From positions 103,935-167,934 of the IMG/VR virus record IMGVR_UViG_3300046642_001000: DNA of 64,000 bases; one strand, 5' to 3'. This DNA comes from a virus. Taxonomy: Duplodnaviria > Heunggongvirae > Uroviricota > Caudoviricetes. The notes under the pieces are model-generated. The model saw only the letters and a list, made by a program, of their open reading frames with translations, ran no database searches and was not told the origin of the DNA. Below, one piece after another: positions 17,282-26,956 of this stretch (within the stretch, counting starts at the first letter, position 1; each line of letters starts with the position of its first letter). Position numbers and translations under genes: made by a program.

Positions 17282-18274
17282 ATGCCCTCTAGGGTTCTCA
17301 TCATCGACGGGCTCAATACCTTCATCCGGAACTGGTGCGTCAATCCCACCATGGACGGGAACGGCGGTCACGTCGGCGGCATGATCGGCTGTCTGCGTTC
17401 CATCAAGAACCTCGTCAGAGACACCAAGTGCACCAGGGCGGTCATCGCCTGGGACGGCAAGGGCGGGTCCCGAAAGCGCCGTGGCATCTACAAGGAGTAC
17501 AAGGCGGGGCGCAAGCCTCGGGTGAACCGGCACCTCGACATGGACAACGTCGAGGAAAGCCAGAAGAATCTGTGGGAGCAGCACGCTCTTACCCGGAAGT
17601 ATCTCGAAATGCTGGGCGTCTGTCAGGTGGAGGTGGAGGACTGCGAGGCGGATGACGTCATCAGCTACCTCTGCTACAGCATGTACCACGACGTGCAGAA
17701 GGTCATCGTCTCGACGGATCGTGACTTCTGGCAGCTCGTCAACAAGAACACGATCGTGTACTCTCCCACCCGCAAGGTGTACTACAGTCCGGGCGAGATC
17801 AAGGAAGAGACGGGCGTCCTCCCCATCAACTACATCTATATCAAGGCGATCAGCGGCGACAAGTCGGACAACATCCAGGGTATCGCGAACCTGGGTCCCA
17901 AGACGGTCGTCAAATTCTTCCCGTTTTTGGCGGATCACGAGAGCAATCTCGAGGAAATCAAGGCGGCTGCGCAAGCCTTGGTACCGACAGGGAAGCGCGA
18001 GAAAGAGCTCCTGAAGGCGCTTTTGGAGCAGTGGGAGGTAATTATCACCAACGTTCGTCTCATGCAGCTCGCCAACCCGATCATCTCGCCGCAGTCCACG
18101 CACTCGATCCGCCACCAGGTGGGGAAAGACGTGGGGTCGGTGAACGTCAGTGCCATCAAGCTGGCGCTCCTTCGGGACAACATCCAGATACACGACCAAG
18201 ATTTCTTCATGGTCTTCAACGAGTACCGCGGTCGCTTCACGGCGGATACCAGAGAGGATTCCCAGAATGTCTGA
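17282..18274 (+). CDS. 5'-3' exonuclease / flap endonuclease (FEN, RNase H-like)
   Basis: VLIIDGLNTFIRNW, EADDVI and GDKSDNIQGI motifs of the 5'-nuclease family. Confidence 0.85.
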   Translation: MPSRVLIIDGLNTFIRNWCVNPTMDGNGGHVGGMIGCLRSIKNLVRDTKCTRAVIAWDGKGGSRKRRGIYKEYKAGRKPRVNRHLDMDNVEESQKNLWEQHALTRKYLEMLGVCQVEVEDCEADDVISYLCYSMYHDVQKVIVSTDRDFWQLVNKNTIVYSPTRKVYYSPGEIKEETGVLPINYIYIKAISGDKSDNIQGIANLGPKTVVKFFPFLADHESNLEEIKAAAQALVPTGKREKELLKALLEQWEVIITNVRLMQLANPIISPQSTHSIRHQVGKDVGSVNVSAIKLALLRDNIQIHDQDFFMVFNEYRGRFTADTREDSQNV

Positions 18275-19664
18275 CCAGCTACCGGCCAACGACACCTTCG
18301 GACCGATGGGGCGCTCCTATCAAGAGAAGGTGGTTCAGGCCGTCATCCAGGACCCGCTCTTCGCAGAGCAAGTGATCGACGTCCTGGACCCGAAGTTCTT
18401 CGATCTCAAGTACCTGGAAGAGATCGCCAAGCTGGTCTTCCGTCACCGCCTGGAGTTCAAGACCTTCCCGTCGCCGGACCTCATCGAGATCATGGTGCAG
18501 AAGGAGCTGGACAACGACCTGGTCGCCCAGCAGTGCAAGGAGTTCCTGAAGCGTGCCAAGGAGAACCCGCTCGGCGGGGACATCGGCTACGTCGAAGGAA
18601 CGTCCCTGGACTTCTGCCGTCGTCAGACGCTGAAGGAGGCGATGGTCTGTGCGATCGACAAGATCGAACAGAACGACTACGAGTCGATCTCCACCATCAT
18701 CAAGGACGCCCTCAACAAGGGCGCGACCCGTGACCTCGGCCACGAGTACATGGACGACTCGGGATTCGCGGCCCGCTCCAAGGCGAGCATCCGGAAGCCC
18801 ATCCCGACCGGCTGGCAGATCATCGACAAGGAGCTGAACGGCGGCTGGGAGCGCGGCATCCTGGTGACCTTCATCGCTCCCACCGGCGCCGGCAAGTCCA
18901 TGTTCCTGGTGAACTGCGGGGCGGCCGCGGTGGCGCAGGGGCTCAACGTCCTGTACGTCACCTGCGAAATGGCGGACTACAAGATCGGTCTCCGTTTCGA
19001 CTCCTACTACTCGGGCGTCGCCATCAATGACGTGCCCAACGAGCAGGAGAAGGTGCGGGCGGAAGTCAAGGACAAGGCGAAGGGAGGGCTCTTCATCAAG
19101 GAGTTCCCGACCAAGACGGCCACGGTCCAGACCATCAGGGCGTACATCCAGCGCCTGACGGCCACCAAGAACTTCATCCCGGACATGATCATCATCGACT
19201 ACGCCGACCTCCTCCGTTCGAGCCGCGGGTTCGAGCAGAAGCGGTTCGAGCTCGAGGGCGTGTACGAGGAGCTCCGGGCGATGGCCCAGGAGTTCAAGGT
19301 CGTCCTCATCACGGCGGACCAGACGAACCGCGCGGGTCTCGACATGGAGGTCGTCTCCATCGGTCAGATCGGCGAGGCCTACGCCAAGGCCACCGTGTGC
19401 GACGTCATCATGACGATCAGCCGGCGTACGGAGGACAAGCAGATGAACTGCGGACGCCTCTTCATCGCCAAGTCCCGACTCGGCCGTGACGGCGTGGTCT
19501 ATCCCTTCACGCTCAACACGGCGACGGTCAAGGTCTCGGTGCTCAACCAGGGCGAGGATCCGCTCGCGATCTTCCTGGAGAACAACGACAACCTGAAGAA
19601 GAAGACGGCCGAACGCTTCAAGAAGCTCGGCATGGTCGACAACAAGAAGCCCGACTCCAACTAG
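18267..19664 (+). CDS. dnaB: DnaB-family replicative helicase
   Basis: Walker A IAPTGAGKSMF in a RecA-like C-terminal domain and a DnaB-like N-terminal domain; ATGTCTGA overlap with the FEN stop. Confidence 0.8.
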   Translation: MSDQLPANDTFGPMGRSYQEKVVQAVIQDPLFAEQVIDVLDPKFFDLKYLEEIAKLVFRHRLEFKTFPSPDLIEIMVQKELDNDLVAQQCKEFLKRAKENPLGGDIGYVEGTSLDFCRRQTLKEAMVCAIDKIEQNDYESISTIIKDALNKGATRDLGHEYMDDSGFAARSKASIRKPIPTGWQIIDKELNGGWERGILVTFIAPTGAGKSMFLVNCGAAAVAQGLNVLYVTCEMADYKIGLRFDSYYSGVAINDVPNEQEKVRAEVKDKAKGGLFIKEFPTKTATVQTIRAYIQRLTATKNFIPDMIIIDYADLLRSSRGFEQKRFELEGVYEELRAMAQEFKVVLITADQTNRAGLDMEVVSIGQIGEAYAKATVCDVIMTISRRTEDKQMNCGRLFIAKSRLGRDGVVYPFTLNTATVKVSVLNQGEDPLAIFLENNDNLKKKTAERFKKLGMVDNKKPDSN

Positions 19665-19678
19665 GGAGATCCTCAGAC

Positions 19679-21433
19679 ATGAGCGCTTACTACGAGCCCC
19701 AAGGCTTTGCCTTGGAGATCTATAAGGATCGCTATGCCCTTCACGGGGAGGAGACCTTCCACGAGGGCTGCGACCGGCTCGCCACCGTGGTGGCCGGTGC
19801 CGAGACCAACGGCAACGTAGTCAAGTACCGGGCGGAGTTCTCGGAGCTCCTGAAGCACAACTACTTCATGCCGGGTGGCCGCATCTGGTACGGAGCGGGC
19901 CGTCCCAAGGGGCAGCTCCTCAACTGCTTCGTCATCCCCATCACCGACAGCTCGGAAGGCTGGGGCAAGAACGCCAACGACATGATCGTCATCTCCTCCA
20001 AGGGAGGTGGCATCGGGACGAACTTCTCCCCGGTCAGGCCGAACGGCGCCGACATCGCTGGCCACCGCGGTCAGGCCACGGGAGCCTGCAGCCCGATGGA
20101 AGGGCAGAACGCCTGGGGCAATGTCATCAAGGGCGGGGGCGGTCGACGGGTCGCCCTCATGTTCTGCCTCAACCTGAACCACCCGGACATCCTCGAGTTC
20201 CTCGACAAGAAGCTCGACCTCAAGCAGCTCAACAACGCCAACGTCTCGGTGAACTTTAACGAGGACCCGGAGCTCTTCTTCAAGAAGGTGAAGGCCAAGG
20301 AAGACGTCGAGCTCCGTCACGGCGGCAAGCTCTACGGAAAGATCCCGGCCGACAAGCTCTGGGAGCGCCTGATCTCCAACGCTCTCCACGGCGGTGAGCC
20401 CGGCATCCTCAACGGCTACCTCGCCAACAAGATGAGCAACATCGGCTACTACGCCGAGCTGCTCAGCACCAACCCCTGCGGCGAGATCTGGCTGACGGCC
20501 TACGACTGCTGCTGCCTCGGGTCGATGGTCCTCCCCCGGTTCGTGAAGGACGGGAAGGTGGACTGGGACCTGCTGAAGAAGTCGGTGGCCACCTCGGTCC
20601 GCTTCCTGGACAACGTCCTGACGGTGAACAACTACCCGCTCCAGGAGATCAAGGAGATGTGCTCGAACATCCGGCGCATCGGCCTGGGTGTGCTCGGTCT
20701 CCACGACATGCTCCTCCTCCTCGGGCTGAAGTACGCCTCGGCCCATGGGCTGGAGATGATCGACAAGGTCATGAACTTCATCAAGGTCTCCGCCTACGAG
20801 GCCTCGATCGAGCTGGCCAAGGAGAAGGGACCGTTCCCCGCCTTCGACGCGGAGAAGTACCTGAAGGGCGGCTTCGCCAAGACTCTGAAGCCGAGTCTCC
20901 GCGCTCTCATCCGGGAGCACGGGATCCGGAACTGCGCCCTCCTCACCATCCCGCCAACCGGGACCACGGCCCTGGTCTGCGACTGCTCCTCAGGGATCGA
21001 GCCGCTCTTTGCCCCGGCCCACATCCGGAAGTTCCGGAAGGGCGACCTGTTGGCCCAGGAGATCGTCATCCACCCGCTCTTCAAGCAGTTCGTCGAAGAG
21101 GGGAAGAGCACGAAGCACTTCCAAGGAGCGTATGACCTCAAGCTCCGGGACCACTTCGAGGTGCAGCGGGCCTGTCAGAAGCACATCGACAACGCGGTCA
21201 GCAAGACCATCAACGTCATGCCCGGGACCTCGGCAGAGGAGCTCAGTGACCTCTACATGGAGTACTTCCCGGAGCTCAAGGGCGTGACCATCTACCCCGA
21301 GGGGAGCCGAGAAGACCAGCCCCTCACCCCGCTCTCCATCGAGGAAGCCTTGGCGGCCCTCAAGGGGAAGGGGGACAAGATCCTCATGTCATATTCAAAG
21401 GACGCGTGCAAGGACGGTTCGTGTGACATCTAG
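19679..21433 (+). CDS. nrdJ: ribonucleotide reductase, class II (adenosylcobalamin type)
   Basis: active-site STNPCGEIWL; 584 aa, single chain. Confidence 0.8.
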   Translation: MSAYYEPQGFALEIYKDRYALHGEETFHEGCDRLATVVAGAETNGNVVKYRAEFSELLKHNYFMPGGRIWYGAGRPKGQLLNCFVIPITDSSEGWGKNANDMIVISSKGGGIGTNFSPVRPNGADIAGHRGQATGACSPMEGQNAWGNVIKGGGGRRVALMFCLNLNHPDILEFLDKKLDLKQLNNANVSVNFNEDPELFFKKVKAKEDVELRHGGKLYGKIPADKLWERLISNALHGGEPGILNGYLANKMSNIGYYAELLSTNPCGEIWLTAYDCCCLGSMVLPRFVKDGKVDWDLLKKSVATSVRFLDNVLTVNNYPLQEIKEMCSNIRRIGLGVLGLHDMLLLLGLKYASAHGLEMIDKVMNFIKVSAYEASIELAKEKGPFPAFDAEKYLKGGFAKTLKPSLRALIREHGIRNCALLTIPPTGTTALVCDCSSGIEPLFAPAHIRKFRKGDLLAQEIVIHPLFKQFVEEGKSTKHFQGAYDLKLRDHFEVQRACQKHIDNAVSKTINVMPGTSAEELSDLYMEYFPELKGVTIYPEGSREDQPLTPLSIEEALAALKGKGDKILMSYSKDACKDGSCDI

Positions 21434-21453
21434 CCTGTACTCAGGCAGAAAGT

Positions 21454-21464
21454 CGTGGTATAAT
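21454..21464 (+). promoter_or_regulatory. extended -10 promoter CGTGGTATAAT
   Basis: TGGTATAAT; the annotated ATG lies 10 nt after the hexamer, so the leader is near-absent. Confidence 0.45.
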
Positions 21465-21474
21465 GGATTTCACA

Positions 21475-22452
21475 ATGGCACTCCCGGTACCAGAGAATCT
21501 GGAAGACGCTGCCCTCGTGACCCACAAGGGTTGCATGGACGGCGCGGGATGCGCGATCATGTTCATGTTGGCGGGCGGGAAGCGTGAGAACATCCACTAC
21601 GTCGCCGCCGGCATGGTCGAGAGGTTCGTCAAGAAGGATCCCGTCTTCCAGTCGAACAAGTTCCTGATCTTCGCGGACGTCGGGCTCAACACCCCGAAGT
21701 ACGCCGAGGTCCTCGAGCGTCGTGGCAACCTGGTCCTCATCGACCACCACGACACGTCGCTCCACCTGCTGGGCCGTCACTGGGCGGAGATCGAAGAGAA
21801 GAACCAGCGCTGCGGCACGATGATGCTCAGGGACTACCTGATCAGGATCGACGACGAGAACAAGGTCGGATTCGGGCGGCGGCTCAAGAGCACGAGCTAC
21901 CGGATTTTCGCCGAGTCCATCGACGACCACGACCGCTGGCTACGCCAGAAGCTCCCGTTCTCGGAGGACCTGGCGACCTTCATGGTCTTCGTCGGCCAGC
22001 AGGACTTCATCACCCGCTTCGCCGACCCGAAGGACCGGATCTGTCAGAACATCGCGCTCGGTCGTGGCAAGGTCTACTTCACGCAGTTCGAGGACGACAT
22101 CATCAACATCCTCGACAGGCGTCGAGATGAGGCGATCGAGGAGGCCATGAAGAAGGTCACGGTGAAGGAGATCAAGCTCTCCGACGGGACCCAGGTGATC
22201 GGAGGGTTCGTCGTCACCAACGAGCCCAACATCTCTCTCCTCCTCAACCGGCTCCTGGAAGTCTACCCCCAGGTGCAGATGGCTGTCAGCGTCTGCATCG
22301 AGAAGGGGGCGGTCGGGATCCGCTCACGTGCCGGCGAGCTGGACGTTGGCCGGATAGCCGGCCTACTTGGTGGTGGCGGCCACAAAGGCGCCGCGGGGCA
22401 CAGGCTTCCGCAGGATCTGAGCGAAGTAATCCTGGAGCACATCTATGGCTGA
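21475..22452 (+). CDS. DHH-family phosphoesterase
   Basis: LIDHHDTS (DHH motif) and GGGGHKGAAG (DHHA1 GGGH motif); the ORF-table start at 21463 lies inside the -10, so the second ATG at 21475 is used. Confidence 0.7.
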   Translation: MALPVPENLEDAALVTHKGCMDGAGCAIMFMLAGGKRENIHYVAAGMVERFVKKDPVFQSNKFLIFADVGLNTPKYAEVLERRGNLVLIDHHDTSLHLLGRHWAEIEEKNQRCGTMMLRDYLIRIDDENKVGFGRRLKSTSYRIFAESIDDHDRWLRQKLPFSEDLATFMVFVGQQDFITRFADPKDRICQNIALGRGKVYFTQFEDDIINILDRRRDEAIEEAMKKVTVKEIKLSDGTQVIGGFVVTNEPNISLLLNRLLEVYPQVQMAVSVCIEKGAVGIRSRAGELDVGRIAGLLGGGGHKGAAGHRLPQDLSEVILEHIYG

Positions 22453-23398
22453 TATCCTCGGAGTCTCGTTCGACGACATCTTCGTCAAGCTCCTTCGGAA
22501 GCTGAGCCGGAACCCCGACTTCGTCTGCGCCCCGCGTGGACAGAAGATCAAGGAAGACCTGGCCCTCACGCTCGTCCTGACGGACCCGCGGTCCCGCTTC
22601 ATCCACAACCCGGCCCGGAAGTCGAACTACGGGTTCGCGGCCGGGGAGTTCCTCTGGTACTGGCAGGGTCGCCGGGATCTGGAGATGATGCTCTACTACA
22701 ACCGGCGGATGAAGGACTTCTCGGACGACGGCCACACGCTGAACTCGGCGTACGGCTACCGGCTCCGGGCGGGGTCCGACCTGCTGGACATGGACAGCCA
22801 GTGGAACAACTGCATCGCCACCCTGTCGGGGGACTCGGACAGTCGACGGGCGGTCATGACCATCTTCGCCCCGATCGACGCGGACGTGGCGGTGCACCAG
22901 GGATCGAAGGACGTGCCCTGCACCCTCTCGCTCCAGTTCTTCATCCGTGACGGCGCGCTCCACCTGCACGTCCACATGCGGTCCAACGACGCCATCTGGG
23001 GCCTGACGAATGACCTCTTCAGCTTCACGCTCTTCCAGGAGTGCATGTTCCTGGACCTGAAGCGGCAGAACCCGAAGTTCGCGGACCTGCGCCTCGGCCA
23101 GTACTACCACACGGCCGGCTCGCTCCACCTGTACGAGCGCCACTTCGAGATGGCCGAAGAGGTCATCAAGCTCTACGACGAGGGCTTCAGGTGCTACGAC
23201 GCCATGCCGGCCCTCACCAGCCTCGAGTCTCTGGACAAGCTGGGCTACGACGAGGAAGAGCTTCGCAAGCGTTACATCGACCAGATCCAGCTCTCCAAGT
23301 ACGAGGGCGGGGAGCTGTGGCTGGCCGACGAGTTGAATGTACACCGGCAAAAGAGGGACGCCGAAGAGTCCCTCAAGGGAGACAAGAAAGCAGGCTGA
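22445..23398 (+). CDS. thymidylate synthase (ThyA)-family protein, candidate pyrimidine hydroxymethylase
   Basis: VPCTLSLQFFIRDGALHLHVHMRSNDAIWGLTNDLFSFTLFQ aligns with the ThyA PCH..FQFYV...RS.D...G.PFNI core, but carries Thr where ThyA has His; RRAVMTIF matches the ThyA RR motif. Confidence 0.7.
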   Translation: MADILGVSFDDIFVKLLRKLSRNPDFVCAPRGQKIKEDLALTLVLTDPRSRFIHNPARKSNYGFAAGEFLWYWQGRRDLEMMLYYNRRMKDFSDDGHTLNSAYGYRLRAGSDLLDMDSQWNNCIATLSGDSDSRRAVMTIFAPIDADVAVHQGSKDVPCTLSLQFFIRDGALHLHVHMRSNDAIWGLTNDLFSFTLFQECMFLDLKRQNPKFADLRLGQYYHTAGSLHLYERHFEMAEEVIKLYDEGFRCYDAMPALTSLESLDKLGYDEEELRKRYIDQIQLSKYEGGELWLADELNVHRQKRDAEESLKGDKKAG

Positions 23399-23400
23399 AC

Positions 23401-23880
23401 ATGGGACAGAACATCCGCGATCAGATCAAGGACCTCGAGATCGAGGTCGCCCCGAGCTACCCGCCCAAGGAGTACTCGAGGTTCGACGACTTCACCCGGG
23501 TCACCGACCTGCGACGCGGTCAGGATCTGCTCTACATCGGGTCGAACGCGTACTTCCCCTCGGTGAAGCGCAACGTTCGCACCATCACGACCGTCAAGAA
23601 CAAGCGGGAGCTCGAGAAGCTCCTGTCGGCGGAGCGGGTCTTCGACCGCATCTTCATCGCCCGGGAGAACGTCCTGGACGAGCGGTTGGTCACGGCGGCG
23701 GTGCAGCTCACCGCGGCCAACGGACTGGTGTGCTTCTTCTCGGAAGACGAGGGGCTGCGCGCCGGGTTCCACGAGATCGTCGAGAAGAACTACCCGACGG
23801 CCCAGTCGTGGAACTGCAAGTCCAACGTCGGTCCGCTCGTCATGACCGACGCCAAGGGCAATCCGTCCTACCAGGATTGA
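23401..23880 (+). CDS. hypothetical protein
   Basis: 159-aa ORF immediately after the ThyA-like gene. Confidence 0.5.
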   Translation: MGQNIRDQIKDLEIEVAPSYPPKEYSRFDDFTRVTDLRRGQDLLYIGSNAYFPSVKRNVRTITTVKNKRELEKLLSAERVFDRIFIARENVLDERLVTAAVQLTAANGLVCFFSEDEGLRAGFHEIVEKNYPTAQSWNCKSNVGPLVMTDAKGNPSYQD

Positions 23881-23929
23881 TTGTCCCTGTGACCTCCGCT
23901 CCCATATTTAATCAGCGGAGGATCACAGA

Positions 23930-24307
23930 ATGAGCGCACTTCCCCCCGACATGTTGTACGACGTCTTCAAGCGTCAAGAGGAGTTCATGGAACTCCTGCG
24001 CGTGAACGACAAGCTTCCCGAGTGGCCGGTGGACCTCACCACCAAGCCCGGCCAACGCCTCATCAAGGAGACGGCCTTCAACCTCTCCGACGAACTCCAC
24101 GAGGCGATGGCCACCCTCAAGAACAAGATGCACCGGCTGACCGACGATCGCACCCTCGACTTCGGTCACTACAAGGAAGAGCTCGGGGACGCCTTCGCGT
24201 TCTTCCTCGAGATCTGTCTCCTCAGCGGGATCGGGGCGGACGACCTCTACGAGGAGTACTGCCGCAAGAACAAGACCGTCAAGGAAAGACTGGCCAAGGG
24301 CTACTGA
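23930..24307 (+). CDS. MazG-like nucleoside triphosphate pyrophosphohydrolase
   Basis: EELGDAFAFFLEICLL EExGD motif in an all-alpha context. Confidence 0.6.
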   Translation: MSALPPDMLYDVFKRQEEFMELLRVNDKLPEWPVDLTTKPGQRLIKETAFNLSDELHEAMATLKNKMHRLTDDRTLDFGHYKEELGDAFAFFLEICLLSGIGADDLYEEYCRKNKTVKERLAKGY

Positions 24308-24525
24308 TGGGCCGGTTGCCGGGAGACATCTGCGCCAGGTGCCTGACCCGTCAGGGGACGGAGATCTGGACGGAGGGTACGATGGCCTACATCCACGGCG
24401 CGTACCAGATGTACTGCAAGGTCTGCGTCCTGACCTGCCAGATCCAGCACGCCAAGGAACGGGCGGCGGCGATCCCGGAGATGGAGCGGGAACTGGAAGA
24501 GCTGAAGAAGGTGGTGGATGGATAG
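24307..24525 (+). CDS. small Cys-rich protein
   Basis: 72-aa ORF with CxxC ... C...C; ATGA overlap. Confidence 0.4.
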   Translation: MGRLPGDICARCLTRQGTEIWTEGTMAYIHGAYQMYCKVCVLTCQIQHAKERAAAIPEMERELEELKKVVDG

Positions 24526-24784
24526 AGGGTACGAGTGCCACCTGACGTTCGACGCTGAACAGGCGAAGCTCGCCGAGGCGTCGTGTCCCTACGGCTGGAA
24601 GTTCAGCCGGATCGAGGGCGATCCCGTCCTCGGCCAACGACTCTACTGCTACTGGACGGCGTGGCACGGGTCGCAGGGAGTGATCGAAGACGAGATGCGC
24701 GGCGCCATCAGACTGGCCAATCGCAACGGTCTCCCCCTGGTCAGGGCGAAGATCGAACACATCATCTACGACCAGAGGTACTAA
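24518..24784 (+). CDS. hypothetical protein
   Basis: 88-aa ORF. Confidence 0.4.
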   Translation: MDRGYECHLTFDAEQAKLAEASCPYGWKFSRIEGDPVLGQRLYCYWTAWHGSQGVIEDEMRGAIRLANRNGLPLVRAKIEHIIYDQRY

Positions 24785-25338
24785 TGAGCGTAGTCATCAA
24801 TCTCTACGGTGGACCGGGCACCGGCAAGTCCACCTCGGCGGCCTACCTCTTCTACCTGCTGAAGTCGCAGGGGAAGAACGCCGAGCTCGTGCGGGAGTAC
24901 GTCAAGGACTGGGCGTGGGAGGGTCGCACGATCTCCACCTACGACCAGATCTACCTGCTCGGCAAGCAGGTCCGTCGGGAGAGCTTCCTCTACGGGAAGG
25001 TGGACATGATCGTCACCGACGCCCCGATCATGCTGGGCATCTACTACGCCAGCAAGTTCTCTCCCCTCTCGGTCAGTGAGGGAGTCCGGGCCATGACCCT
25101 CGCCTACTACCGGCAGGCGGCCGAGGACGGCCACCAGCACCACCACGTCTTCCTGGAGCGCACCAAGCCGTACAAGCAGGAGGGTCGGTTCCAGAACGAG
25201 GAGCAGGCCAAGCAGATCGACAACGGCGTCTATGGGATGCTGTCCGACCTGCGGATCCCGCTTGTCCGATGCGGGACGCAAAGAGAAGATCTAGACGAGC
25301 TACTTACCACTCTGAAGGTAAACAACCCCAAGGCTTAG
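24784..25338 (+). CDS. P-loop nucleotide or nucleoside kinase-like protein
   Basis: Walker A YGGPGTGKST near the N-terminus; 184 aa. Confidence 0.6.
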   Translation: MSVVINLYGGPGTGKSTSAAYLFYLLKSQGKNAELVREYVKDWAWEGRTISTYDQIYLLGKQVRRESFLYGKVDMIVTDAPIMLGIYYASKFSPLSVSEGVRAMTLAYYRQAAEDGHQHHHVFLERTKPYKQEGRFQNEEQAKQIDNGVYGMLSDLRIPLVRCGTQREDLDELLTTLKVNNPKA

Positions 25339-25354
25339 CCTGGAGACTCTCGCG

Positions 25355-26419
25355 ATGAAGCGCACGACAAAGCTCAGGATCTTCTACAAGTCCAAGTCCT
25401 CAGGACAGGGTCACAATCCCTACCACACGGGCGGACTGGCGGCGAACGCGCTGCACACCGTCGGCGTCCTCCGTCGGGAGGGTGTAGACGTAGACCTCGT
25501 CGCCGTGTCCAGCTTCGACGAGCTGGCGGCCTACCTTCGGGCCAACCCGGACATCACCCACGCCGTCATCGAGGCGGTCTGGGTCAAGGCGTCCGAGGTC
25601 GTCCTCCTGTCCCACGCCCACCCCCACCTCAAGATCGTGGTGCGGGCGCACTCCAAGATCGGGTTCCTCCAGGTCGAGCCCGAGGCCATCCCGGTCATCC
25701 GGGCCCTCATCGACCTCGGGGAAGAGTACCCGAACATCTCTTTCTCCAGCAACAACCAGGAGTTCTGCAACTCTCTCGGGGAAGTCTACGGCGACGTGCT
25801 CTACCTGCCGAACCTCTTCGACTGGGACGGGTCTCCCCCGAAGAAGCACAGCCACGATCGCATCCTCAGGCTGGCTTCTTTCGGTGCCACCCGGCTCCTG
25901 AAGCTCCACTCTTCCGCGGCACTGGCGGCCCTTCAGGTCGCCGTCCGCCTCGACCGGCAGCTGGAGTTCTACGTCAATACCGACAATACCCCGGGAGGTC
26001 ACAGCGTCCGGAACACGATGCGGAACCTCTTCGCTGGTCTCCCCTGGGCGAAGCTGATCGAGGTGAGCTGGCAGGACGCGGCCACCTTCCGGGAGACCAT
26101 CGCTGAGATGGACCTGGTCTTCCAGCTGTCCGCCACCGAGACCTTCTGCCTGGTGGCCGCGGACGCCGTGTCCAGCGGGGTGCCAGTGATCGTCGGAGAG
26201 GCCGTCAGCTGGGTGCCGGAAAGGTACCAGTCCAACATCGACGACACCTCGGAGGCGGCAACCGAGGCCATCCGCGCACTGGAGAGCAGCCACAAGACGG
26301 TCAAGGTGCAGCAGGAAGCCCTGAACGACTTCGTGGAGTCTTCGACTCGGATCTGGCGCACGTTCCTCGGGATGCCGAGCGGACGGGAAAGCCGTAAGAA
26401 CCTCTGGTGGATTTTCTAA
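25355..26419 (+). CDS. GT-B fold glycosyltransferase (GT1/GT4-like)
   Basis: C-terminal SATETFCLVAADAVSSGVPVIVGE resembles the GT4 E..G..EAMA.G.PVI donor-binding block. Confidence 0.55.
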   Translation: MKRTTKLRIFYKSKSSGQGHNPYHTGGLAANALHTVGVLRREGVDVDLVAVSSFDELAAYLRANPDITHAVIEAVWVKASEVVLLSHAHPHLKIVVRAHSKIGFLQVEPEAIPVIRALIDLGEEYPNISFSSNNQEFCNSLGEVYGDVLYLPNLFDWDGSPPKKHSHDRILRLASFGATRLLKLHSSAALAALQVAVRLDRQLEFYVNTDNTPGGHSVRNTMRNLFAGLPWAKLIEVSWQDAATFRETIAEMDLVFQLSATETFCLVAADAVSSGVPVIVGEAVSWVPERYQSNIDDTSEAATEAIRALESSHKTVKVQQEALNDFVESSTRIWRTFLGMPSGRESRKNLWWIF

Positions 26420-26432
26420 AAAGGAGCAGCAC

Positions 26433-26738
26433 ATGGGATTCAATCTCGAACTGAACGGCAACCGCGTCGCCATCGACCTCGACGAGGTGGGTGACCAGAC
26501 GGAGAGCGGCCTCTACGTCCCGCAGACCGTCTCTCAGGAGGGCCCGAAGAAGGGCAAGGTGGTCGCGGTCAGCGAGACCTACCTCGTGAACGGGGCGACG
26601 GTGACCAGCAAGTTCAAGCCCGGAGACGCGGTCCTCATCGACGCCCTCGGCGGCATGAAGGCGACCATCAACCGTCGTGAGTACCTCGTCGTGCGGAACG
26701 AGGACATCCTCGGCCGCTACCTGCCGGAGGAAGCGTGA
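26433..26738 (+). CDS. groES: GroES-like co-chaperonin
   Basis: about 100 aa; the GKVVAVSE ... GDAVLIDALGG ... EYLVVRNEDILG pattern matches Cpn10. Confidence 0.65.
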   Translation: MGFNLELNGNRVAIDLDEVGDQTESGLYVPQTVSQEGPKKGKVVAVSETYLVNGATVTSKFKPGDAVLIDALGGMKATINRREYLVVRNEDILGRYLPEEA

Positions 26739-26935
26739 GCGCCTTCAAGCACCGCGGGGAAGACATCTCGGTCGACGAGGCTCCCCGCTTCAAGGAAGAA
26801 GGCTACACCGTCGACGGGAATGGCAAGGTGGTCTACAAGGCGAGCAGCCGGGTAGGCACGGCGTTCAACACGAGACCGGACAAGGCGGTCGACGACGTCA
26901 AGGAGATGATCGACAGAAACCTGGACGCGAAGTAG
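26735..26935 (+). CDS. small hypothetical protein
   Basis: 66-aa ORF. Confidence 0.4.
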   Translation: MSAFKHRGEDISVDEAPRFKEEGYTVDGNGKVVYKASSRVGTAFNTRPDKAVDDVKEMIDRNLDAK

Positions 26936-26939
26936 CAGC

Positions 26940-26950
26940 TGTGATATAAT
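26940..26950 (+). promoter_or_regulatory. extended -10 promoter TGTGATATAAT
   Basis: lies 6 nt upstream of the dnaE ATG, implying a leaderless transcript. Confidence 0.45.
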
Positions 26951-26956
26951 ACTCCT

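Noticed and set aside
21463-21474. ORF-table start codons at 21463, 41452, 52121 and 57567
   Set aside because: These ATG or GTG codons lie inside the -10 hexamers (TATAATG, TAGAATGGTATG, TATGAT, GTGTTAGAATGG), so they cannot be on the transcript if the promoters are real; the next in-frame ATG was used.
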